From the NCBI GenBank assembly GCA_021773655.1, contig JAJFJX010000441.1, positions 1-32,089 on the forward strand: a DNA stretch of 32,089 nucleotides, read 5' to 3'. Below, in pieces: positions 20,647-28,923 of this stretch. The position numbers and the translations under genes are program-made. The notes beneath the pieces are model-generated. The model worked only from the letters and a program-made list of their open reading frames with translations. It did not search any database and was not told the DNA's origin. The stretch is from Panacagrimonas sp. (GTDB taxonomy: Bacteria > Pseudomonadota > Gammaproteobacteria > Nevskiales > Nevskiaceae). Each line of letters opens with the position of its first letter. The first letter of the stretch is position 1.

Positions 20647-22032
20647 ATGACCAGCGGCAGAAATTCCAAGCTGTGGGGCGGGCGGTTCAGTGAATCCACA
20701 TCCGACCTGATGGAGGCGTTCAGCGAATCGGTGAGCTTCGATGCCCGCCTGTTTCGTCACGACATCCTCGGCAGTCAGGCACACGCGCGCATGCTGCAGA
20801 AGGTGGGCGTGCTGACCGACGCCGACGCCGCGGCCATCGTCGACGGGCTGGACGCGATCGGCGCCGACATCGAGGCCGGCCGGTTCGAGTGGAAGACCGA
20901 ACTCGAAGACGTGCACATGAATATCGAGTCGGAGCTCACCCGACGCATCGGCGAGGCCGGCAAGCGCCTGCACACCGGGCGTTCGCGCAACGATCAGGTC
21001 GCCACCGACGTGCGCCTGTACCTGCGCGACGCCATCGATGCACTGCTGGCCGTGATCGATGCGCTGTCCGGCGCGCTGCTCGACCTTGCCGAGCGCGAAG
21101 CCGAATCCGTGATGCCCGGGTTCACCCACCTGCAGGTGGCGCAGCCGGTGACCTTCGGCCACCACATGCTGGCCTGGCGCGAGCAGATTCGCAGAGACCG
21201 CGAGCGACTGCTGGATGTGCGCAAGCGGGTCAACGTGCTGCCGCTGGGTTCTGCGGCGCTGGCGGGCACGGTCTATCCCATCGACCGTCATTTCGTGGCT
21301 GCGCAGCTGGGTTTTGACGGCGTTACCGAAAACTCGCTGGATGCGGTCAGTGATCGCGACTTTGCCATCGAGTTCTGTGCCGCGGCTGCGCTGATCATGG
21401 TGCACCTGTCCCGCTGGAGCGAGGAACTGATCCTGTGGTCGACGCCGATGTTCGGCTTCGTCACGCTGCCGGACCGTTTCTGTACCGGCAGCTCGATCAT
21501 GCCGCAGAAGAAGAACCCGGATGTGCCCGAACTGGTGCGCGGCAAGACCGGACGCGTGATCGGCGACCTGCAGGCGCTGCTGGTGCTGATGAAAGGCCAG
21601 CCCCTGGCCTACAACCGCGACAACCAGGAAGACAAGGAACCCCTGTTCGATGCCATCGACACGGTGTCGGCCTGCCTGCGCATCTACGCCGAACTGGTGC
21701 CGAGCATCGGCGTCAATCGCACCCGTTGCCGGGAAGCGGCCGCCGCCGGCTACTCCACCGCCACCGATCTGGCCGACTATCTTGTGCGCAAGGGGCTTGC
21801 CTTTCGCGACGCCCATCACGCGGTCGGTGCCGCCGTGGCGCATGCGCTCGCACAGGGGCGCGATCTGTCTGCGCTGAGCCTGCAGACGCTGCAGACGTTT
21901 TCGCCCCTGATCGAGGACGACGTCTACGCGGCCATCACGCTGGAAGGTTCGCTGGCCGCCCGCAACCACATCGGCGCCACCAGTCCGGCGCAGGTGCGTG
22001 CGGCCATCGCCAGGGCGCGCGGACACGACTGA
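20647..22032 (+). CDS. argH: Argininosuccinate lyase
   Basis: [56 protein letters not shown] and FRDAH. TAGAAT -10-like box at 20609-20614. Confidence 0.98.
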   Translation: MTSGRNSKLWGGRFSESTSDLMEAFSESVSFDARLFRHDILGSQAHARMLQKVGVLTDADAAAIVDGLDAIGADIEAGRFEWKTELEDVHMNIESELTRRIGEAGKRLHTGRSRNDQVATDVRLYLRDAIDALLAVIDALSGALLDLAEREAESVMPGFTHLQVAQPVTFGHHMLAWREQIRRDRERLLDVRKRVNVLPLGSAALAGTVYPIDRHFVAAQLGFDGVTENSLDAVSDRDFAIEFCAAAALIMVHLSRWSEELILWSTPMFGFVTLPDRFCTGSSIMPQKKNPDVPELVRGKTGRVIGDLQALLVLMKGQPLAYNRDNQEDKEPLFDAIDTVSACLRIYAELVPSIGVNRTRCREAAAAGYSTATDLADYLVRKGLAFRDAHHAVGAAVAHALAQGRDLSALSLQTLQTFSPLIEDDVYAAITLEGSLAARNHIGATSPAQVRAAIARARGHD

Positions 22033-22075
22033 TCCGGCCATGACCCACAAGCCTAGGGCCACTTGGCGGAGCCCG

Positions 22076-22108
22076 AAGCCCGGGGCCCGGAAAGGGCCGG
22101 CTTGTTGT
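22076..22108 (+). terminator. Possible intrinsic terminator after argH
   Basis: AAGCC(cgg)GGCCC-GGAAA-GGGCC-GGCTT bulged stem followed by GTTGT, a weak U-tract. Confidence 0.4.
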
Positions 22109-22140
22109 CGAGGCTCCTGATTCCGGATCAGGCCACGGGT

Positions 22141-22179
22141 CCGGATCCCGGACTCGCCTGCGGCGCTCCTCGCATGACA
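22141..22179. repeat. Degenerate inverted copy of the 5001-5039 repeat
   Basis: CCGGATCCCGGACTCGCC...CATGACA aligns ungapped with the reverse complement of 5001-5039 at 25/39 positions by manual count, keeping both ends (GGAT.CCGG and ATGAC). Confidence 0.45.
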
Positions 22180-22282
22180 CGGCGCCGGGCTCGTGTCAGC
22201 GCGGCGTTCCGTAACATGTCGTTGGCGCAACAACAACGCGCCCAAAGCGCCCTGTGACGTCAGGTGCCGAGGCCCGATGCGC

Positions 22283-23431
22283 TCAAGGCGTATCCAGCGT
22301 GCCGACCGCGCGCGGCCAGGTGACGATCCCCCAGGGCAGTTGCAGGCCTTCGATGCGCCGGGAGACTTCCAGCAATTCGACGTCGATGACCACGGCCTCG
22401 TGCGACCGGCCGCAGGTCACCACGAGCTGGCGGTCGTCCGGCGTGAAGGTGAAATGCCAGCAGCGCTCGCCGGTGGGCACCTCGCCGATCAACGCATAGT
22501 CGTTGCGCGCATCGAACACCTGCATGCTGTTGCCGTGTGCCAGGGCCACGTACAGGCGCTCACCGTTGCGGTCGTAGGTGATGCCGTTGGGGATTTTGCC
22601 GGTATCGAAGGTGCTGAGCGGCTCGAAGTTCTCGTCGAGGATGAGCACCTTGTTGCCGAACTCCAGGGTCACCGCGTAGTGCTTGCCATCGGGTGCGCGC
22701 TTGATGCCGCGTGGCCTGGCCCCGAGCGTTTCGGTGTCGATGGACTTCACCATCTCGCCGGTTTCGATGTCGTGCACGGACACGGTGTTGTCGGCCTCGT
22801 TGGTGATCAGGATCCTGCTGCCGTCGGTGGAGAACTCGATGCCTTCGGTCTCGATGCCGCCGGTGATGTTCTTCAGCACCTTGCCTTCTTCAAGGTCCAC
22901 CACCGCGATCCGGGCGGGCGTGGTCTGGCGTGATTCGCGGTCCTGCTCCAGCGCCTCGTATTCCGGGGTGCCGGGCTTCGGTGGCGGGCCAGCCTGGGAC
23001 TCGGGTTCGAACGACACGAATGCGCGGCTGCCGCGCGTGCGCACGAACTCCGGATTCTCGCCAATCTCCACTTTCCGGATCAGCTCGCCCTGGGCGCGGT
23101 CGATGATCGAAAGACTGCCGTCGCCCCGGTTGGCGGTGACCAGATACTTGCCGTCCTCGCTGATCCCGATGCCGCGGGGCTCCGTGGCGCCCGGGTCGAT
23201 GCTGCCGACCGGCTTCATCGTCGCCAGGTCGATCACCGAAATGACGCCGTTCTGGTTGCTGATGTAAGCCAGGCCCCGGCCGCCGTCCTCGAACGCCGGT
23301 GCTGCCGCGATCGTCGCCGATGCCGAATCTGCTCTGGTGGGGGCGTCCGGGTCCGCAGGCCCCGACTGTTCGGTCCTGCAGGCGGTGGACAGCAGGGCCA
23401 GCGCGGCAAGACCCGCATGCAAGCTTTTCAT
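22283..23431 (-). CDS. YVTN/YncE-type beta-propeller lipoprotein associated with PQQ catabolism
   Basis: GGAG SD, lipobox LLSTAC, and repeated blades (AYISNQ..ISVID, EPRGIGISEDGKYLVTAN, EGIEFSTDGSRILITNE, RPRGIKRAPDG). Divergent from the PQQ dehydrogenase. Confidence 0.85.
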   Translation of the reverse strand: MKSLHAGLAALALLSTACRTEQSGPADPDAPTRADSASATIAAAPAFEDGGRGLAYISNQNGVISVIDLATMKPVGSIDPGATEPRGIGISEDGKYLVTANRGDGSLSIIDRAQGELIRKVEIGENPEFVRTRGSRAFVSFEPESQAGPPPKPGTPEYEALEQDRESRQTTPARIAVVDLEEGKVLKNITGGIETEGIEFSTDGSRILITNEADNTVSVHDIETGEMVKSIDTETLGARPRGIKRAPDGKHYAVTLEFGNKVLILDENFEPLSTFDTGKIPNGITYDRNGERLYVALAHGNSMQVFDARNDYALIGEVPTGERCWHFTFTPDDRQLVVTCGRSHEAVVIDVELLEVSRRIEGLQLPWGIVTWPRAVGTLDTP

Positions 23432-23830
23432 CTCTACTCCATGGATTCGTGATGGATTCATGCTTCTTCGAATGTGGGCGCGCCTTCCTGCGTCCGCCCG
23501 ATGGGAGGCCGCTGAGCCCCTGGAGTTCAGTATGGGTAACCGCGCCTCAGGTGTCGCCCGCGCGGCCCCCGCGGTCAGCCGGAAGCCGAGGTTCCGGGCG
23601 TCCTGATCGGGCCGGGACATCTCCGGGAACCCGCGCCTGTGTCCGGGCAACAGCATCGATGGCGGCGGCCCAACCTGCAGGCCAAGAGCGCGACGCCGAC
23701 CAGTATCGCCAGGGCACCGCCGAATCTGGACGGGCTCAGGCTCGACGCTCAAGGGTGGGCACCTCGGCCTTCTACGATGTCTGGCGCGCTGAGTTTGCCG
23801 TTCGACTTACCCGCCTGGGCAGGACACTGT

Positions 23831-23897
23831 TGTCGGGAAATCGGATGTAATCTCGCGTGACCGCCAGCTGAATCGAGACTGTCGGGAAAAAGTTCCG
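23831..23897. promoter_or_regulatory. Candidate regulator boxes upstream of the PQQ dehydrogenase
   Basis: TGTCGGGAAA occurs at 23831 and 23880. The second copy extends to the imperfect palindrome TCGGGAA-AAAG-TTCCGGA. Confidence 0.4.
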
Positions 23898-23979
23898 GAG
23901 CTGCCGCCAGACGTGCTGACGGCTCCGCGCCGCAGCGCTGGTTGGTGTCTGCGGCGGTTCGAAAATAACGGAGGAGTCG

Positions 23980-25761
23980 ATGATGAAAGCAATCAGCGTG
24001 CGGGGAACAGTGGCCTCGCGAATCTCATTGTGGTGTGCAGGTACGGTGCTGGCGCTGGGAGGTGGCGTGGCTTCAGCGGCCGGCGTCACAGATGCCATGA
24101 TCAAGAACGATGCGGTTACGACCGACCAGGTCCTGACCGTCGGGCTGGGCCTGCATGGCCAGCGGCACAGCCCGCTCAAGACGATCAACGCAGGAAACAT
24201 CGGTGATCTGGTGCCGGCATGGACGTTCTCGTTCGGCGGCGAAAAGCAGCGCGGGCAGGAAACCCAGCCGCTGATCTACGACGGCAAGATGTTCATCACC
24301 GGCTCCTATTCGCGCCTGTGGGCGCTGGACGCCAAGACCGGAAAGATGCTGTGGGATTACCAGCACCGGCTGCCCGACGGCATCATGCCGTGCTGTGACG
24401 TGATCAATCGCGGTGCCGCGCTGTTCGGCGACCTGGTGATCTTCGGCACGCTCGATGCGCGCCTGGTGGCGCTCAACCAGGACACCGGCAAGGTGGTGTG
24501 GAACGAGAAGCTGGGCGATTACAAGGCGGGCTATTCGTACACGGCCGCGCCGCTGATCGTCGATGGGCTGGTCATCACCGGCGTCTCCGGCGGCGAGTTC
24601 GGCATCGTTGGCAAGGTCGATGCGCGCGATGCGGCGACCGGCAAGCTGGTCTGGAGCCGTCCCACTGTCGAAGGTCACATGGGCACCTTCAAAGGCAAGG
24701 ACAACGGCATCACCGGCAAGACCAACGCAAGCTGGCCCGGCGACATGTGGAAGTACGGCGGCGCCGCGACCTGGCTGGGCTGCACCTATGCCGACGATGT
24801 CGGGCTGGTCTACTGCGGCACCGGCAACCCGGCGCCCTGGAACGCCCATCTGCGCCCCGGTGACAACCTGTATTCAACTTCGACGGTGGCCATCGACGTC
24901 AAGACCGGCAAGATCCGATGGAGTTACCAGAGCACGCCCAACGACCACTGGGATTTTGACGGCGTCAACGAGTTCATTCCCTTCGACATGGACGGCAAGA
25001 AGGTCGGCGCCAAGGCAGACCGCAACGGCTTCTTCTATGTGATTGATCGCGCCAACGGCAAGCTCATCAATGCCAGCCCGTTTGTCACCAGGCAGACCTG
25101 GGCCAGCGGCGTGGACCTCAAGACCGGGCGCCCGATCGAGTCCGGGAATCGCCCCGGAGACCCGTCGCAGGCTTCGGGTGAGAAGGGCGAATCGGTGTTT
25201 TCGGCGCCGTCCTTCCTCGGCGGAAAGAACTGGATGCCGATGGCCTACAGCCCGGACACCGGTTACTTCTACGTTCCGGCCAACGAGTGGGGCATGGACA
25301 TCTGGAACGAGCCCATCACCTACAAGAAGGGAGCTGCCTACCTCGGTGCGGGCTTCAACATCAAGCCGCTGTACGAGGACTACATCGGCGCGCTGCGCGC
25401 GATCGACCCCAGGACCGGCAAGATCGTGTGGGAGGCCAAGAACGATGCGCCGCTGTGGGGCGGCGTGATGACCACCGCCGGCGACCTGGTTTTCACCGGC
25501 ACTCCCGAAGGCTATTTCAAGGCCTTCGACGCCAGGACTGGCAAGGAACTGTGGAAATTTCAGACCGGCTCCGGCGTGGTCGGCCAGCCTGCCACCTGGG
25601 AGCAGGATGGCGTCCAGTACATCGCCATCGCTTCGGGTTGGGGTGGCGCCGTGCCGCTGTGGGGCGGTGACGTGGCCAAGAAGGTCAAGGACATCAGCCA
25701 GGGCGGCATGATGTGGGTATTCAGGCTTCACGAGTCCGGCGCCGACGTCGCCAAGAACTGA
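23980..25761 (+). CDS. pedH: PQQ-dependent alcohol dehydrogenase, PedH/ExaF type (predicted lanthanide-dependent)
   Basis: GGAGG SD, signal peptide, ExaA-clade [10 protein letters not shown], vicinal PCCDVINRG, metal Glu [22 protein letters not shown] (catalytic Asp plus the extra Asp at +2), ADRNG, LGGKNW and [12 protein letters not shown]. Confidence 0.9.
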   Translation: MMKAISVRGTVASRISLWCAGTVLALGGGVASAAGVTDAMIKNDAVTTDQVLTVGLGLHGQRHSPLKTINAGNIGDLVPAWTFSFGGEKQRGQETQPLIYDGKMFITGSYSRLWALDAKTGKMLWDYQHRLPDGIMPCCDVINRGAALFGDLVIFGTLDARLVALNQDTGKVVWNEKLGDYKAGYSYTAAPLIVDGLVITGVSGGEFGIVGKVDARDAATGKLVWSRPTVEGHMGTFKGKDNGITGKTNASWPGDMWKYGGAATWLGCTYADDVGLVYCGTGNPAPWNAHLRPGDNLYSTSTVAIDVKTGKIRWSYQSTPNDHWDFDGVNEFIPFDMDGKKVGAKADRNGFFYVIDRANGKLINASPFVTRQTWASGVDLKTGRPIESGNRPGDPSQASGEKGESVFSAPSFLGGKNWMPMAYSPDTGYFYVPANEWGMDIWNEPITYKKGAAYLGAGFNIKPLYEDYIGALRAIDPRTGKIVWEAKNDAPLWGGVMTTAGDLVFTGTPEGYFKAFDARTGKELWKFQTGSGVVGQPATWEQDGVQYIAIASGWGGAVPLWGGDVAKKVKDISQGGMMWVFRLHESGADVAKN

Positions 25762-25779
25762 AGTCGGGCGTCGTCTTCT

Positions 25780-25805
25780 GAAGGGGCAGGGCAGCCTGCC
25801 CCTTC
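25780..25805 (+). terminator. Intercistronic hairpin after the dehydrogenase gene
   Basis: Perfect 11-bp stem GAAGGGGCAGG / CCTGCCCCTTC with a GCAG loop. No immediate U-tract. Confidence 0.65.
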
Positions 25806-25836
25806 CAGGTTTCCCCTTTTCGGAGTCGGCCCATAC

Positions 25837-26247
25837 ATGAACAAGCATTTCCTGCTCGCTGCTGCGCTGTGCTGCGCCAGCCCGATCGTCGCCGGCCACG
25901 GTGATGTCACCCCGCAAGGGGTCAACGTCGAAGGCCTGCCAGACGTCGAAGACGAGCTGATCGCCAATCCCTATCGCGGCAACGAAAAGGCGATCGAGGT
26001 TGGCAGTTCGGCCTACAACCAGAACTGCGCGCGCTGCCATGGCCTGGGCGGGGTGTCCGGTGGAATCGCGCCGGATCTGCGTTACCTGCCGCCGGGCGAG
26101 GAGGGCGACGAGTACTACGCCCAGAAGGTTCGCAACGGCGTGATCCGCAACGGCACCACCTACATGCCGGCCTTTTCGGAAGTGTTTTCCGAAGAGGCCA
26201 TCTGGGCCATCCGCACTTGGCTGGACTCGGTCCACACCGAGGAATAA
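25837..26247 (+). CDS. pedF: Cytochrome c550 (PedF/ExaB)
   Basis: Signal peptide then HGDVTPQ, NPYRG, YNQNCARCHG (CxxCH), GGIAPDLR and axial Met in YMP. Confidence 0.93.
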   Translation: MNKHFLLAAALCCASPIVAGHGDVTPQGVNVEGLPDVEDELIANPYRGNEKAIEVGSSAYNQNCARCHGLGGVSGGIAPDLRYLPPGEEGDEYYAQKVRNGVIRNGTTYMPAFSEVFSEEAIWAIRTWLDSVHTEE

Positions 26248-26253
26248 ACCCCC

Positions 26254-27168
26254 ATGTCCCTGCTGCGACGATCTCATCGACTGAGGACGTGCGCGCTATG
26301 GTTCGCGCTCTGTGCCGTGTGCGCGCAGACTGTGGTGGCCGACGACCGCGACGACCGCGACGACAGTGACGGCTCGCTGGCCGCGGTCAAGGCACGCGGC
26401 ACGCAGGAAGTGGCGCTCTACGATGCCTTCCCCCCGTATTCGTACCAGGGCGCGGCTGGCCCCGCAGGGATCGACGTCGACCTCGGGCGTGCTCTGGCAA
26501 AGAGGCTCGGCGTCGGATTCAAGGCGCGTCTGTTTCCCGCCGACGAGACCATGAGCGTCGACCTTCGCAACAATCTCTGGAAGGGGCATTACCTGGGCGG
26601 CGGAGTGGCCGATGTGATGATCCATGTCGCGGCCGATCCTAAGTTCGCTGCGCGCGAGGACAAGGTCGACTTCTTCGGCGCGTACTTCAACGAGGCGGTC
26701 TCGGTGGTTTATCGCCCTGATCGGATGGAGGACTTCGAGTCGCCGTTGGCGCTGAGCACCAGGAAGGTCGGCGTGGAAATCGACAGCATCAGCGACTACT
26801 ACCTCAGTGGCGCCTTCAACGGACGCCTGCGAACTGCTGCGGTGCGCCACGGTAGTCTCAGGGAAGCCGTCGAGGCTTTCCGCGCCGGTCAGCTCGATGC
26901 ACTCATGGCCCCTCGCGGCGAGCTGCAGGGACTGATGAAGGCGATGGACCTGGGCGAGGTGCGGTTCAGGCAGCAGGAGTTGCTGGGATTGTTCCGCACC
27001 AGCTGGGACATCGGGCTGGCGGTCAGGCGGGCTCAGGACCACTCCCTGCGCCAGGCCCTGGCTGGTGCACTGGACGAGCTTCGGGCCGAGGGCGAGCTGG
27101 AGAAAATCTTCGCCCGTCACGGCGTGGTCTACGTGGCACCGTCATCCGCACGGGCGGGGGCCGAATAG
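26254..27168 (+). CDS. Family 3 solute-binding-fold periplasmic protein associated with quinoprotein dehydrogenases (MxaJ/XoxJ/PedG-like)
   Basis: Signal peptide, FPPYS, GIDVDLG.ALA, DLRNNLWKGHYLGGGVADVM.HV and I.ARHG. Follows cytochrome c550, with no permease or ATPase adjacent. Confidence 0.8.
   Translation: MSLLRRSHRLRTCALWFALCAVCAQTVVADDRDDRDDSDGSLAAVKARGTQEVALYDAFPPYSYQGAAGPAGIDVDLGRALAKRLGVGFKARLFPADETMSVDLRNNLWKGHYLGGGVADVMIHVAADPKFAAREDKVDFFGAYFNEAVSVVYRPDRMEDFESPLALSTRKVGVEIDSISDYYLSGAFNGRLRTAAVRHGSLREAVEAFRAGQLDALMAPRGELQGLMKAMDLGEVRFRQQELLGLFRTSWDIGLAVRRAQDHSLRQALAGALDELRAEGELEKIFARHGVVYVAPSSARAGAE
26341..26370 (+). repeat. In-frame acidic micro-repeat
   Basis: GACGACCGC GACGACCGC GACGACAGT GAC, encoding DDRDDRDDSD. 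Confidence 0.75.
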
Positions 27169-27170
27169 CG

Positions 27171-27932
27171 GTGCGCGCCGCGGTCTCACTGTGGCTGCTG
27201 TGGACGCTGCTGCCGGGTACCGTCAGCGCGGCGGCGACCACGCCCACCGATCCACTGCGATCACCGAACTGGGCGGCCATGGTGGAGCGCCATCTGAATG
27301 GTGGCCCGGTGGTGTTTGATGAGCGCGTGCAGGTCCGCATGCCCCAAACCGCGGAGGATCCGATGTCGGTTCCGGTCGAGGCCGTCGTCGAGGGGCTGGA
27401 GAATATTCAGGAGATGCGGCTGATCGCCGACCTCAATCCGCTGCCGCTGATCCTGATCTTCAGGCCCACCCATGCCGATCCCTTCATCGCGTTCCGGTTC
27501 AAGGTCGAGCAGTCGACGCCGGTGCGTGCCGCGGCGCGCACCGCAGACGGCGTTTGGCACGTCGGCGGAGCTTGGCTGACCGCCAGCGGCGGCGGGTGCA
27601 CGGCGCCCAGCTACGGCTCCGGCAGCGGCCTTTGGCGGGATCAGCTCAATCAGGTCAGCGCCGCTCTGTGGCCGCGCGGCGAGGACGCCAGCCGTCTCAA
27701 GCTGAGGGTGATGCACCCGATGGATACCGGGCTGGCCGCCGGCATTCCGGTGTTCCATGTCGAATCGTTGAGCGTCGAGGACGCTTCCGGCCGGGAACTG
27801 GCGAAGATCAGGACCTACGAACCGGTATCGGAGAACCCGGTCCTGAGCCTGAACCTGCACTACCGCGGCGTGGTGGACGTTCGCGGGCGCGATATCCAGG
27901 GCAATCGCATCCGGGCCCGGGTCGCGCCGTGA
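27171..27932 (+). CDS. Quinoprotein-dehydrogenase-associated fused SoxYZ-like carrier protein
   Basis: Signal peptide, DPLRSP.W, AED...VPV, DLNP, KVEQSTPVRAA, internal SGGGCTAP (Cys at 27597), SoxZ-like HPMDTG and VSENP. Confidence 0.85.
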   Translation: MRAAVSLWLLWTLLPGTVSAAATTPTDPLRSPNWAAMVERHLNGGPVVFDERVQVRMPQTAEDPMSVPVEAVVEGLENIQEMRLIADLNPLPLILIFRPTHADPFIAFRFKVEQSTPVRAAARTADGVWHVGGAWLTASGGGCTAPSYGSGSGLWRDQLNQVSAALWPRGEDASRLKLRVMHPMDTGLAAGIPVFHVESLSVEDASGRELAKIRTYEPVSENPVLSLNLHYRGVVDVRGRDIQGNRIRARVAP

Positions 27933-28876
27933 TCCGTTTCAACAGCTGGGGCCTGGCGCTGGGTCTGATGCTGCTCGCTGCTGTCAGGGCGGGCGCCGAA
28001 ACGTCCTTCGACTATGGCCTGGAGCCGCAGGCGGTGGCCGACGGCGTTCATGTGCTGCTGGGGCGCACCGAACACTTCACCCGAGAGAACGGCGGCAACA
28101 TCGTCAATACCGGCTTCATCGTCACTGACGACGGCGTCGTGGTGATCGATACCGGGCCTTCGCGGCGCTACGGCGAGCAGATGCGCGCAGCCATCGCGCG
28201 CAGCACCGGACAGCCCGTGCGGCAGGTCTACCTCACCCACGCCCACCCCGATCATTTTCTTGGCAGTCAGGCCTTTGTCGACGTCCCGGTGGCCGCCCTG
28301 GCAGGGACCAGACACAGCATTCGTACGCGGGGCGATGCCCTCAACTCCAACCTCTACCGGCTGGTCGGTGGGTGGATGGCGGGGACCGAGGCGGTGGTGC
28401 CGGCGCAGGTGGTGGAAGACAGCACCGTGATGATCGGAGGCAGGTCCCTGAGGCTGATCGCCCTGAACGGACACACAACCTCCGACCTGGCGGTCTTCGA
28501 CGAGCAGAGCGCCACGCTGTTCGCCGGCGACCTGGTGTTCTTTGATCGCGCCGCGACCACGCCCGATGCAGATATCGATCAATGGCTGCACTCGCTGGAG
28601 CGACTGCGGGCGATCGATTTCAAGGTGCTGGTACCCGGTCACGGCCCGGTACTCAGGGACGCGGCCGGCATCGAGCAGACCCGCGCCTATCTGGGCTGGC
28701 TTGCCGGAGCACTGCGCAAGGCCGCGCGGAATGGCATGGACCTGAACGAGGCGATGCGCGCGCCACTGCCCCCGGAGTTTGCGAAGATTGCTGTCATCAA
28801 AGAAGAATTCGAGCGCTCCGTGATACACCTCTACCCGGAATACGAACTGGAGACGCTGGCGCCTGTTTCGCGCTGA
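27929..28876 (+). CDS. Quinoprotein relay system zinc metallohydrolase (SoxH-like, MBL fold)
   Basis: GTG start overlaps the SoxYZ stop (GTGA). Signal peptide, NGGNIVNTGFI, IDTGPS, THAHPDH, GHT, AGDLVF and VPGHG. Confidence 0.87.
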   Translation: MIRFNSWGLALGLMLLAAVRAGAETSFDYGLEPQAVADGVHVLLGRTEHFTRENGGNIVNTGFIVTDDGVVVIDTGPSRRYGEQMRAAIARSTGQPVRQVYLTHAHPDHFLGSQAFVDVPVAALAGTRHSIRTRGDALNSNLYRLVGGWMAGTEAVVPAQVVEDSTVMIGGRSLRLIALNGHTTSDLAVFDEQSATLFAGDLVFFDRAATTPDADIDQWLHSLERLRAIDFKVLVPGHGPVLRDAAGIEQTRAYLGWLAGALRKAARNGMDLNEAMRAPLPPEFAKIAVIKEEFERSVIHLYPEYELETLAPVSR

Positions 28877-28923
28877 TCGCCGGACCGCGGTGTCGTGACC
28901 GGTGGCATCTGAGGAGAACTGCC

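Noticed and set aside
19492-22245. Apparent 917-aa FimS and 770-aa ArgH fusions
   Set aside because: Each extension is the antisense of the other gene. Family homology begins at 20568 and 20647 respectively.
23564-23620. Minus-strand MSRPDQDARNLGFRLTAG resembles the P-x6-LGF-x-x-T spacing of the PQQ precursor PqqA
   Set aside because: It lacks the essential Glu-x3-Tyr and the Trp, has no nearby stop (it runs into the YVTN frame), and no pqqB-E genes are adjacent. Likely coincidence.
23980-25761. Methanol dehydrogenase (XoxF/MxaF), implying methylotrophy
   Set aside because: The motifs [16 protein letters not shown] and GAVPLWGG and the PedF-type cytochrome place it in the ExaA/PedH ethanol clade.
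27171-28876. Sox thiosulfate oxidation genes, or a resistance metallo-beta-lactamase
   Set aside because: The SoxYZ is fused with an internal Cys and no soxAXBCD genes are present. The hydrolase matches the quinoprotein-associated family in motifs and context, not class B beta-lactamases.
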